DNA of 64,000 nt, from positions 800,001 to 864,000 of the forward strand of contig CAVYGN010000002.1 in NCBI GenBank assembly GCA_963768055.1. The letters are read 5' to 3'. The notes beneath the pieces were generated by a model. The model was not told the origin of the DNA, did not search any database, and saw only the letters and a list, made by a program, of their open reading frames with translations. Below, one piece after another: positions 21,926 to 31,351 of this stretch. The first letter of the stretch is position 1. Each line of letters starts with the position of its first letter. This DNA is from an uncultured Spirochaetota bacterium (GTDB lineage Bacteria; Spirochaetota; Brevinematia; Brevinematales; JAOACQ01). Position numbers and translations under genes: made by a program.

Positions 21926-23170
21926 ATGCCTTTAAAAAAAACGAGAAGTTCATTAAAAAATCTTGATAAAGATGCCGGTAAATTTAAAGAATTGCTGAGG
22001 ATTACAGAGAATCTGAATCATGTTAAAGATGTGGATTCACTTCTTGATAACATACTATACGAAGCCAGGCTTTTTACAAAAGCCGATTCAGGATCGATTT
22101 ATCTTGTTGAAGGGAATAAATTGAAATTCAGCTATGTTCAGAATGATACACTGGCGAAAATAGATGAAACCAATAATAAATATATATATTCTATCTTTGA
22201 AATTCCAATTAATGACAATTCCATAGCAGGTTATGTGGCGTTGACTGGTAAATCGTTAATTATTGATGATGTTTACAAGATACCTAAAAAAGTTCCATAT
22301 TCTTTTAACTCCTACTTCGATTCCATGTCTTCCTATAAGACCCAATCGATGCTGACAGTTCCGCTCATAACAAGCAGGCAGAATATTATCGGTGTTATGC
22401 AGATAATAAACGCCAAGAACTCTAAAGGCGATGTAATTCCTTTTACCGAAGATGACCGTATGTATGTGGCATTTTTCTCAAATAATGCATCCGTGGCTAT
22501 TGAAAGGGCAAAAATGACACGGGAAATTCTGCTAAGAATGATTAAAATGGCTGAACTAAGAGATCCTAAAGAAACCGGAAACCATGTAAACAGGGTTGCC
22601 AGTTATTCGATTGAGATTTATGAAAAATGGGCGAAAAAGAGGGGACTTTCCCTGGATGAAATAAAACGGATAAAAGACGTCCTCCGTATTGCGGCAATGT
22701 TGCATGATGTAGGAAAAGTCGCAATCTCAGATACAATTCTGAAGAAACCCGGGCGTCTGACGCCTAAAGAATTTGAACTTATGAAGATGCATACGGTTTT
22801 CGGGGCAAGGCTTTTTGATAACGCCGTATCCGATTGGGATGCTCTTTCGGCTGAAGTAGCACTGAACCACCATGAAAGATGGGACGGCCAGGGATACATG
22901 GGCAGGGTTATATGTGAAGAGGAGGAAGAATGTACTTCCGGTCCCGGAAAAGCCGGCGATGAGATTCCGATCCTTGGAAGGATCGTCGCTCTGGCCGATG
23001 TATATGATGCGCTGATCTCCTCAAGGGTTTACAAAGACGCCTGGCTGGAAGAGGACGTACTCAAGTATATTAAAGAGGGTAGCGGCAAACATTTCGATCC
23101 TGATGTCGTTGAAGCTTTTTTTTCCATTTATGACGTCATCAAAGCCATAAAGGAAAAATACGCGGATTAG
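21926..23170 (+). CDS. GAF + HD-GYP domain cyclic-dinucleotide phosphodiesterase
   Basis: GAF region (SIAGYVA, SMLTVPL, IGVMQIIN); RDPKETGNHV, LHDVGK, HHERWDGQGY, ADVYDAL, HFDP. Confidence 0.9.
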   Translation: MPLKKTRSSLKNLDKDAGKFKELLRITENLNHVKDVDSLLDNILYEARLFTKADSGSIYLVEGNKLKFSYVQNDTLAKIDETNNKYIYSIFEIPINDNSIAGYVALTGKSLIIDDVYKIPKKVPYSFNSYFDSMSSYKTQSMLTVPLITSRQNIIGVMQIINAKNSKGDVIPFTEDDRMYVAFFSNNASVAIERAKMTREILLRMIKMAELRDPKETGNHVNRVASYSIEIYEKWAKKRGLSLDEIKRIKDVLRIAAMLHDVGKVAISDTILKKPGRLTPKEFELMKMHTVFGARLFDNAVSDWDALSAEVALNHHERWDGQGYMGRVICEEEEECTSGPGKAGDEIPILGRIVALADVYDALISSRVYKDAWLEEDVLKYIKEGSGKHFDPDVVEAFFSIYDVIKAIKEKYAD

Positions 23171-23188
23171 CTGCGATTGGAGTGATGA

Positions 23189-25360
23189 ATGCAGAAAATC
23201 AAAAGCTTGAGGGAACTTTCGGGCGTTATAACTGAATTACCCCGCGGCGGCTACTTGGTTGACACTTCTGCCGGTTATATTCAATTCGGGTCGCCTCCTG
23301 AAACTCTAAAGGATACAATATTCCTGCCTAAAGGGGTACCTCAAATTTTTGTGCTCCCGATCGAGCATTTTGACCCGAAACATGGAATGAGTGTGGCGGA
23401 AATTGAATTTCCAATATACTATAACTTTTTTTTGAAATTGAAAAAAACGAGAATATTTGTCAACCCTAATCATATTGAGAATATGAAAATAGTGCTCCAG
23501 GAAGCTGTTTTCGGCCCTGTTGAACTCGATATCGAAGGTGATGTTGTAAAAGGTGAGAACACGCATATACCCGATATAATGTCAGAGATGAAATTTTTCA
23601 GGGCCGGCAGGGTTATGGAAGACCTTGTCGATCTCCAGGAGTTGATCCCCAGCGGTTTCAATATTGATGGTGTTAGAATAATACAGAAACCTGACGGAGG
23701 TTTTGATGTTTTCGATAATGGAAATTTAATTGCCACGGTTCCGGCAAAAATCAGCTTTAAAGCTCTTTATGACCTCGGAACGACTTTAAGCGAACCCTTT
23801 ATTCCGCCCGAATTCGGAATTACATGCCTCGGCCCGTCGCATGGATTTGATCCCGAACAAAATACATCCGGGTTTATACTCTGGATAAATAAAGTCGGTA
23901 TTATGGTCGATCCCCCTGCCAACTCCACACTCTGGCTTAAAGATTCAAATGTTAATCCAAAGATTATCGACAGTATTATTTTTACCCACTGTCATGCAGA
24001 CCATGACGCCGGCACGTTCCAGAAGATCCTGGAAGAATCAAAAGTAACTATTTATACAACCCCTACTGTGATGCAGAGTTTTTTAAGAAAGTATTCGGCG
24101 CTTACCAGGATACCTCCGGCCACCCTTATGGATCTTTTTAATTTTTATCCCGTCAAGATGAATGGGAGATATAATATTCATGGGGCTCTGTTCAATTTTT
24201 ATTATTCTCTTCATTCAATTCCTACTATCGGGTTTCATTTCAGCTACCGCAATAAACGGTTTATCTACTCTTCCGATCATTTGAATGAACCGGAAATTGT
24301 AAAAAAACTACATGAGGACGGCGTAATATCCAAACCAAGGATGGAACATCTCCTTAATTTTCCATGGCATTATGATTTAATATATCATGAATCGGGAATT
24401 CCCCCCCTTCATACACCGGTAAGCTATCTTAATTCTTTGCCTGTTGAAACACAGAAAAGAATAACGGTATATCATATTGCCGAAAAGGATTTTCCCAAAG
24501 AGACAAATCTTACCCTTGCAAAATTCGGGATTGGTGAAACTATCTACCCTGACATTGAAAAATATGAATTCGAGGATTCCTACCGCATCCTTGATGTTTT
24601 CAGCAGGATCGATGTTTTCAAGGACCTCCCCTTTGAAAAGATCAAGGACCTTCTTCTCGTTACAAAAAAAGAGAGTTTCAACAAGGGTGATTTTATCATA
24701 CATAAAAACACGCCCGGTGATAAATTTTATGTAATAGTCTCCGGTAATGTAAGTATCAGCGGATTTGAGAATGGAGACATCAGCGATAAAGTATATGCGA
24801 CGTTCGAATATTTCGGGGAGGCTTCAATTATTCTTGATACGCCGAGGACCGCTGATGTTGTCGCGATGACCAATGTCGAAGCTTATTCAATAAGCAGTGA
24901 CTCCTTTAAAAGATTGATAGGCAATACTGTTGTCGAACAAAATATCCGCAAACTCGCAAAGGTCAGGAACGAACAGACATGGACGGTCATCAAGTCCAAT
25001 CCTTTTTTTAAGAACCTGACATCATTCCAGGTAACCGGGCTTGAATCAAAACTTAAACCCGTAGAATTTGAAAACGATGAAATTTTATTTGAAGAAGGAA
25101 AGAAAAGCGACCATATATTCCTTCTGATAGAAGGGTGCGTAAAATCCTCCAGGCAGGAAAAGAGCGTCAGTTTATGCAATAAAGGGGACATAATCGGGGA
25201 TGTCTTCTCAATTAAAGACGGAAAAACAATGAAATTCTCATTTAGGACAGAAACACACGTCAAGCTATACAGGATCGAAGGCCAGGATATTCTATCATTT
25301 CTAAGGGACAATCCCGGCGTTTTAATGAACATGATGTTTGAAAAAGGCCGGATAAAGTAA
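23189..25360 (+). CDS. Metallo-beta-lactamase-fold hydrolase with two C-terminal cNMP-binding domains
   Basis: THCHADH (HxHxDH) motif; cNMP-domain motifs FGEAS...PRTADV and a second, degenerate copy. Confidence 0.82.
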   Translation: MQKIKSLRELSGVITELPRGGYLVDTSAGYIQFGSPPETLKDTIFLPKGVPQIFVLPIEHFDPKHGMSVAEIEFPIYYNFFLKLKKTRIFVNPNHIENMKIVLQEAVFGPVELDIEGDVVKGENTHIPDIMSEMKFFRAGRVMEDLVDLQELIPSGFNIDGVRIIQKPDGGFDVFDNGNLIATVPAKISFKALYDLGTTLSEPFIPPEFGITCLGPSHGFDPEQNTSGFILWINKVGIMVDPPANSTLWLKDSNVNPKIIDSIIFTHCHADHDAGTFQKILEESKVTIYTTPTVMQSFLRKYSALTRIPPATLMDLFNFYPVKMNGRYNIHGALFNFYYSLHSIPTIGFHFSYRNKRFIYSSDHLNEPEIVKKLHEDGVISKPRMEHLLNFPWHYDLIYHESGIPPLHTPVSYLNSLPVETQKRITVYHIAEKDFPKETNLTLAKFGIGETIYPDIEKYEFEDSYRILDVFSRIDVFKDLPFEKIKDLLLVTKKESFNKGDFIIHKNTPGDKFYVIVSGNVSISGFENGDISDKVYATFEYFGEASIILDTPRTADVVAMTNVEAYSISSDSFKRLIGNTVVEQNIRKLAKVRNEQTWTVIKSNPFFKNLTSFQVTGLESKLKPVEFENDEILFEEGKKSDHIFLLIEGCVKSSRQEKSVSLCNKGDIIGDVFSIKDGKTMKFSFRTETHVKLYRIEGQDILSFLRDNPGVLMNMMFEKGRIK

Positions 25361-25390
25361 TTTCAAATTTCGTCATTCTATGGAGATGTA

Positions 25391-26188
25391 ATGCTGAACA
25401 AGGGTGATTTCATCTATATATATCATGATGATAAAGCTTCGTACATGATGGCCTACCAGGAAAACATGAATGTGTCGACCCACAAGGGGGAACTGAAAAT
25501 ACCCCCGGATTCGGAATACGGCGACTGCATACTGGCCAATACCGGTGAACCTTTTTATCTATTAAAGCCTGTACTCTCGGATTGTATGATGAAGGTTAAG
25601 AGAAGGACAACTATTATTTATCCTAAGGAAGCCGGAGTGATAATCCTTGAACTCGGTGTTTCCGGAGGTAAGCAGGTTATAGAAATAGGGACCGGCTCAG
25701 GTTCGCTCACTCTTCTCCTGTCAAGATTGGTCGGAAGGGATGGGCGTGTTTATTCTTTTGAACGGAGAAACGAACATCTTGAAAATGCGATCAAGAATGT
25801 AAAAAAATTCAGTCCTTTTGATAATGTGGAATATTTTATGAAAGACCCCTCGCAGGAGAGCGGATTCGGCATTGAAAATGCCGACGCTATTTTCTTGGAT
25901 GTTCCGGAACCATGGAAGCTTGTAGAAGAAGCTCATAGATCGCTTATCAACGGCGGCGCTGTCGGGGTGATATCCCCTAATATCGAACAAGTCCAGACTA
26001 CCGTCTATAAAATGAATGAAACCGGTTTTGTCAGGGTAAGGTGCATGGAAGTGCTTTCAAGGGGGATCAGAGTCAAAAAAAATCTCACCAGGCCTTTCGA
26101 CAGGATGATAGGGCATACGGGATATCTGGTTTTTGCCCATAAGATTAAAAAAGAGAAAAAAGAACCCATCTTTGATTTCAGCATTTAA
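25391..26188 (+). CDS. trmI: tRNA (adenine(58)-N1)-methyltransferase, TrmI/GCD14 family
   Basis: RRTTIIYPK, EIGTGSGSLT, FLDVPEPW, RP..RMIGHTGYL. Confidence 0.88.
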   Translation: MLNKGDFIYIYHDDKASYMMAYQENMNVSTHKGELKIPPDSEYGDCILANTGEPFYLLKPVLSDCMMKVKRRTTIIYPKEAGVIILELGVSGGKQVIEIGTGSGSLTLLLSRLVGRDGRVYSFERRNEHLENAIKNVKKFSPFDNVEYFMKDPSQESGFGIENADAIFLDVPEPWKLVEEAHRSLINGGAVGVISPNIEQVQTTVYKMNETGFVRVRCMEVLSRGIRVKKNLTRPFDRMIGHTGYLVFAHKIKKEKKEPIFDFSI

Positions 26189-26195
26189 TATCCGG

Positions 26196-27449
26196 TCAAT
26201 GCCTTGATTTTTTTTTAAGAACTTTCTGATACCACCTTGCGAGATCAATGCATAGTCCGGGCAGAACGACAGCCGGAGTGACATTGTTGTATCTGATTTT
26301 ATTTTCGATGAAACTTATTCGTGCCGCAAATTCCCTGAGTTCAGAAGTATAAACTGACTGGATGACAGGTCTTAGAATATTTTTGTAATCTTCATCAATA
26401 AACCCGGAAAGATCGGTTTTTCTCAGGTACTCCTGGCGCATAAGATGTGCGTTCCTGATAAACTCAATGAGTTCGTTGAAAAAATGGACCGGTGCTTTAA
26501 TGTTTTCATCGGAGACAACTTTATCAATAAAAGAAAAAACCGAATTTCCCTGCTGGATTACCGGTGCTACCGAAGTAAAAAACTCAATAACTTTTTTCTT
26601 CCTTTCTTCATGAAATCTGAAAAGGTCATCCTCCATCAGGTCGGACGTCGAGAAATAATCTCCGGCGCTTATTGCCTCCGTTCCCAGGATTTCACTGACC
26701 AGAGCAGGGGTCAGAGGGTTGAAATGTATAATCATGCTTCTGGATAAAATTGTCGGAAGTATCGTATTGCTTGAATTTGCGGATAAAATTACTAAATTAC
26801 CAGCTGGAGGTTCCTCAAAGAGTTTTAAGCTCGCATTTTGAGTTTCTTCAGTTGCGTTCTCAAAATTTCCTATCAAGGTTATTTTATGACCGGACTCTGA
26901 TTTTATTCCATTGAATTCGATCGCTCTCCTGATGAAATCTATAGGTATTCTAAGTTTTTTTGAAAGCTCATCGGAAACCAGGATAAGGTTCTCGGAAAAA
27001 GCCTTTGAGTTTTCAATCAAATTAAAATAGGATCCGCTATTGATGATACCTGACAATTCGTTCCTGAAATCATTGACAGAATAAGCCGTACTGTCACCGG
27101 AGATTTTTTTCAATTTTATATTTGTGGTTTCACCGAGGGAGATAGCTGTTGAAAGCCTTCCAAGAAGGTAATTTAAATAACAGGGGAATGCCGATCTTAT
27201 CTTTTCGCCTGAGATATTTTTAAGAAAATAACGTGTTTTAACTGAAAACGAATCGTTCCTATAGAATATAAAATCCATTGACAAAAAAGGGTCTTGCAAA
27301 AGGATCTTTCCGGCCATGCGGACTGCGGCTGTAAATTTGCCGCATCCCCGGCCGCCCAGCAGTATTACAGTCCTTCCAAAAATTTTCTCATCGATAATCC
27401 TGGATATTACTGCCTGGGCCCTTGATTGCCCTTGTAGTGAACCCTGCAT
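26196..27449 (-). CDS. holB: DNA polymerase III delta-prime-like clamp loader subunit
   Basis: P-loop GGRGCGK, TQNASLKLFEEPP, ILPTILSRS. Confidence 0.75.
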   Translation of the reverse strand: MQGSLQGQSRAQAVISRIIDEKIFGRTVILLGGRGCGKFTAAVRMAGKILLQDPFLSMDFIFYRNDSFSVKTRYFLKNISGEKIRSAFPCYLNYLLGRLSTAISLGETTNIKLKKISGDSTAYSVNDFRNELSGIINSGSYFNLIENSKAFSENLILVSDELSKKLRIPIDFIRRAIEFNGIKSESGHKITLIGNFENATEETQNASLKLFEEPPAGNLVILSANSSNTILPTILSRSMIIHFNPLTPALVSEILGTEAISAGDYFSTSDLMEDDLFRFHEERKKKVIEFFTSVAPVIQQGNSVFSFIDKVVSDENIKAPVHFFNELIEFIRNAHLMRQEYLRKTDLSGFIDEDYKNILRPVIQSVYTSELREFAARISFIENKIRYNNVTPAVVLPGLCIDLARWYQKVLKKKSRH

Positions 27450-29701
27450 TACGACGTTCCTCTCTTGATATCGATAAGATTAAGCCTTATTTCCTCATTC
27501 CCCTGGAATTTATTAATTTCCGGGGTTACAACCAGATCGAAATGCACATCTGAATTAACGATCATTTTGATTTTTTTTGACCAGTTCCAGCCTGTAACGG
27601 TTAAAGATTTCCCGTTTTTCTGAATAGTCATAAGAATATGTTCTCCGTTTCTGCCTATAACCCTGTTCGATACTATTTTTACATCTTTCATCAGCAGGCG
27701 GGGTATTTCATTTCCGTTTCCTGTCGGTTCGATAACATTTTCCAGATATCTTATCATATTGAGATTCAGCTCCTCAGCGTCATCGATTACAGCATCAATT
27801 AAAAGTTCTCTTCTTAAATCGTCTGGATTGAGGAGGTCCATATATTCTATTATCCTTTCCCTGAAAGGGCCTATGTTATCGGTTTTAATCGTAAACCCGC
27901 CCGCAGATTTATGGCCGCCGTACTGAATAACAAGGTTATTCAAAGAGTCGAGCATTTTGATGACGTCGAAACCGTTTGGAGCGCGTATGGAACCTGTTGA
28001 ATATTCCCTGTCTATAGCTACGATGATGACGGGGATACTGTAAAGATTAGAGAAGCGATTGGCGAGAAGCCCTGTCGTTCCTTTTGCAAACTTATCGGAC
28101 GATACAAAAAATATCCTGTCTGCAGCATTTGTATTTTTTTCAAGTAGAGTATTGATGATCTCTATGCCGTCATCGACAATATTTTTTCTTTCATTGTCTT
28201 TTGATATAATGTCTTTTACCAGCTCTTCCGATTCTTTTATCTTATTGGATATGAGAAGTTCGACACTGAAACTTGCATCGCCAACTCTTCCCGGAGAATT
28301 CAGAATCGGCGAAACGCTCCAGCTTATGTCCCTGCTTTTGACATGTTCGATATTCATATTGATGTCCCTGAGCAGCGTAATGAGGCCGATGGAGGAATGA
28401 GGTAATAAACGCAGTCCGTTTTTGACAATAGTCCTGTTCTCATCAATCAGAGGCATAATATCGGCGATAGTGCCTATAGCGGCAAGGGGGAGATATTCCT
28501 CATACAGTTCCAGGAGTTTCGTGTTTCTGCTGATTATAAGCCTTCTGTAAACTTCCGAACAGATATAACAATCATAGAGGCTTCGGTGCAGCTTTCCCGT
28601 TTCAGGATATAGACCCAGGGATTTCGCGACAGTTCCGAGCTTATGATCATTTATTTTTTTTATCATTACTCTTGCCATTTTTAGAGTGTCTTCAACAGGG
28701 TTATAAATGCAAACTTTCATGTTTTTTTTAAGTTCTCTCTCCAGAAATTTCAAGTCGAATTCGATAACGTTATGGCCTACAAGTCTGCAGCCGTCGATAA
28801 AATCTATAAACATTCCGAGAGCTTCCTGTATTGATCTGCCCTCTTTTTCAAGCATTTCATTTGTGATACATGTTAATTCTGTTATTTCATTCGTTATTTT
28901 GAGCGAGGGTTTGATAAGGGTTTGAAATTCCGCAAGTTTAATACCATTTTTTACCTTGATCGCCCCGATTTCTATTATCTCGTCCTTCGATGGGTTTAAA
29001 CCTGTAGTTTCAATATCGAAAAAAACGATTTCAATATTGTATGTTTCGCTAAGAGTCATTTTTTCAGCCATGCCGCAAACAAGCTTAAAGGCTACTGATG
29101 CACCGCTTAAAAAAGCGAAGGGATAACTGTCATGAGATATTTTTGGATTTATCACGGCGTAGGCCTCGGGTATTTTATCCCTGGCTTCATGGTGATCGGT
29201 TATTATCACATCGATTCCGATTGTCCGGGCGTATTCTATTTCAGGGATCGATGTTATTCCACAATCCACGGTTATGATCAGGCTGAAATCATTCAGTGCA
29301 GCCCAGCCGATTACATCCTTTGAAATCCCGTAATTTTCAGCGCCTTCAGGGACTCTATAACCTACGTTGGCATCCAGCCTTTGGAGATATTTGTATAAAA
29401 TAGCTGTGGCAGTCACTCCGTCAGCGTCCTTATCCCCGAAGATGAGAATACCCTGCTTCTCTCTTACCGCAAGTTCTATCCTTTCAATGGCTTTAACCAT
29501 GTCTTTAAAAAAAAACGGGGAATAAAGATTTAGAGGCGATGGTTTAATATAATGCTGGATCTTAGCGGGTGTATCAATACCTCGGCCCAGAAGAATGGTT
29601 GTTATCAATTCCGGGTAATGAAAATACTCGGAAATCTCATTCAACTTTTTTAAATTACGATCGGCAATCAGCCAGATCCTGTCCTTGTTTTGAAAATCCA
29701 T
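27449..29701 (-). CDS. recJ: ssDNA exonuclease RecJ with an inserted DEDDh (DnaQ-like) exonuclease domain
   Basis: RecJ motifs GDKDADG, ITVDCG, TDHH, GTIAD, YGGHKSAGG; insert FFDIETTG...GHNVIEFD...HRSLYD at about 28510-29060. Confidence 0.92.
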   Translation of the reverse strand: MDFQNKDRIWLIADRNLKKLNEISEYFHYPELITTILLGRGIDTPAKIQHYIKPSPLNLYSPFFFKDMVKAIERIELAVREKQGILIFGDKDADGVTATAILYKYLQRLDANVGYRVPEGAENYGISKDVIGWAALNDFSLIITVDCGITSIPEIEYARTIGIDVIITDHHEARDKIPEAYAVINPKISHDSYPFAFLSGASVAFKLVCGMAEKMTLSETYNIEIVFFDIETTGLNPSKDEIIEIGAIKVKNGIKLAEFQTLIKPSLKITNEITELTCITNEMLEKEGRSIQEALGMFIDFIDGCRLVGHNVIEFDLKFLERELKKNMKVCIYNPVEDTLKMARVMIKKINDHKLGTVAKSLGLYPETGKLHRSLYDCYICSEVYRRLIISRNTKLLELYEEYLPLAAIGTIADIMPLIDENRTIVKNGLRLLPHSSIGLITLLRDINMNIEHVKSRDISWSVSPILNSPGRVGDASFSVELLISNKIKESEELVKDIISKDNERKNIVDDGIEIINTLLEKNTNAADRIFFVSSDKFAKGTTGLLANRFSNLYSIPVIIVAIDREYSTGSIRAPNGFDVIKMLDSLNNLVIQYGGHKSAGGFTIKTDNIGPFRERIIEYMDLLNPDDLRRELLIDAVIDDAEELNLNMIRYLENVIEPTGNGNEIPRLLMKDVKIVSNRVIGRNGEHILMTIQKNGKSLTVTGWNWSKKIKMIVNSDVHFDLVVTPEINKFQGNEEIRLNLIDIKRGTS

Positions 29702-29713
29702 TAAAAGGCCCCT

Positions 29714-30628
29714 TTAAGATTCAAGTACGATCGATAAAATAGCCATTCTTATAAAGAGGCCGTTATGGGCCTGGCGAAAATACGCTGAGCGTGGATCCCC
29801 GTCAACCTCATACTTTATTTCGTCTACCCTTGGGAGCGGGTGCATTACAATGGCTTTCTCAGGGAGTATATCGAGTATTTTTTTATCAATTATGTATATT
29901 CCTCTGGTTTTTTCGTATTCTTCCATGCTTGTGAATCTTTCCCTCTGGATCCTTGTCTGGTATACTACATCAATATTCTTTACAGTATCCTCGAGTTTGT
30001 CCGATTCCTCGTATATTACTTTATGTCTGTCAAGATAATCTTTTATATCATCTTTCATTCTTACATTCGGAGGGGCCACGAATATTATCCTGATATTCTT
30101 GAATTTTGTGAGAAGATAGGCCAATGACCTGGTTGTTCGTCCATTGGCAAGGTCTCCGACCATTGCTATATTTAAATCATCTATGTGGCCAAGTTCTTTT
30201 TTAATCGTATAAAGATCGAGGAGGGATTGTGTTGGGTGCTGTCCTGTCCCGTCTCCGGCGTTAATTATAGGAATATTAGAAACCTGGCTTGCTTTTCTTG
30301 CCGCTCCGTTTTCAGGATGTCTTATCACTATTACATCTCCATAACCGTTAAGGACGCGGATAGTGTCTTCAAGGGTTTCTCCCTTGGCAGCTGAAGAGAA
30401 ACTTGCGGCGTTTTCAGTGGAGATTACGCTTCCTCCAAGCTTTATCATGGCGGCTTCAAATGATAACCTGGTCCTTGTCGAGGGTTCATAAAAGAGGGTT
30501 ATAAGTATTTTATTTTTCAGAACAGTTACCCGATGGGATATTTTTTCCATTTTATTAGCTGTTTCAAAAATATATTCAAGATCCTGCCTGGAGAATTGCT
30601 GAGATTCAATTACATGCTTTAGTTTCAT
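29714..30628 (-). CDS. pyrB: Aspartate carbamoyltransferase catalytic subunit
   Basis: FYEPSTRTRLSF, HPTQSLLD, HPLPR. Confidence 0.97.
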   Translation of the reverse strand: MKLKHVIESQQFSRQDLEYIFETANKMEKISHRVTVLKNKILITLFYEPSTRTRLSFEAAMIKLGGSVISTENAASFSSAAKGETLEDTIRVLNGYGDVIVIRHPENGAARKASQVSNIPIINAGDGTGQHPTQSLLDLYTIKKELGHIDDLNIAMVGDLANGRTTRSLAYLLTKFKNIRIIFVAPPNVRMKDDIKDYLDRHKVIYEESDKLEDTVKNIDVVYQTRIQRERFTSMEEYEKTRGIYIIDKKILDILPEKAIVMHPLPRVDEIKYEVDGDPRSAYFRQAHNGLFIRMAILSIVLES

Positions 30629-30642
30629 AAATTATCCCCATT

Positions 30643-31338
30643 CTATAAATACCCACCGCTGTACCTGATTGCAAGCTGATAGATATCGTCTTCTTTTTCA
30701 TTAAAGAGATGTGTGAAAAGCCCCGCCTTAGTCGTTTCACTGTATTCATCGCTCGATAGTTTCCCAATATATATAGCGTCCTTTCTATCCAGTCTGAGCT
30801 TTTCAATGGAGAGAATGATAAGTGCAGATAAAGGTTTAGTGATTCCTATCCCGTCTGAAAAGTTGAAATCATCGAAAAGATGATAGACCATCAGATCTTT
30901 TAAGAGCAGTTTTATTATATCACCTGTAGTTTTATCGGTTGTTGAAATGATTGATATCTTTTTACCCCTTTCCTTTAAAAGGTTAAGCGTGCTTGTTACA
31001 TTTTTCCGCAATTTAGGAGAAATTTGAAGGGTAGCGTCGATATAGCTGTCGTATATTTTTTTGAATATTACCCCATCCCTGATCCCCAGTTTTTGTATAA
31101 GATATTCGATCTGCTGAAAAGGCCCGCAGGCTAACCCCTTTTCCTCTTCATATTTTACGGCGTAATCGATCGATTCCGAATAAATTTTTCTGAGGGAGGT
31201 AAATTTTATGGGAAAGAGGGACTTTTCAAGTATTGTATAAATATTGTCAAGCCTGTATTTTTCCCTTTCAGCGGATCCGTACGAGTCGTCAAGGATAGTC
31301 TGGTAAAGATTGAAAATAATGCAGGAATAATCGTTCAT
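30643..31338 (-). CDS. HAD-superfamily-fold protein with degenerate catalytic motifs
   Basis: IIFNLYQT (motif I), IISTT, FSD.IGITKP, IYIGK. Confidence 0.7.
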   Translation of the reverse strand: MNDYSCIIFNLYQTILDDSYGSAEREKYRLDNIYTILEKSLFPIKFTSLRKIYSESIDYAVKYEEEKGLACGPFQQIEYLIQKLGIRDGVIFKKIYDSYIDATLQISPKLRKNVTSTLNLLKERGKKISIISTTDKTTGDIIKLLLKDLMVYHLFDDFNFSDGIGITKPLSALIILSIEKLRLDRKDAIYIGKLSSDEYSETTKAGLFTHLFNEKEDDIYQLAIRYSGGYL

Positions 31339-31351
31339 ATCTCCTCCGATT

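Noticed and set aside
28510..29060. RecJ insertion as an intein
   Set aside because: No C/S start, His-Asn end or homing endonuclease motifs; the insert has DEDDh motifs
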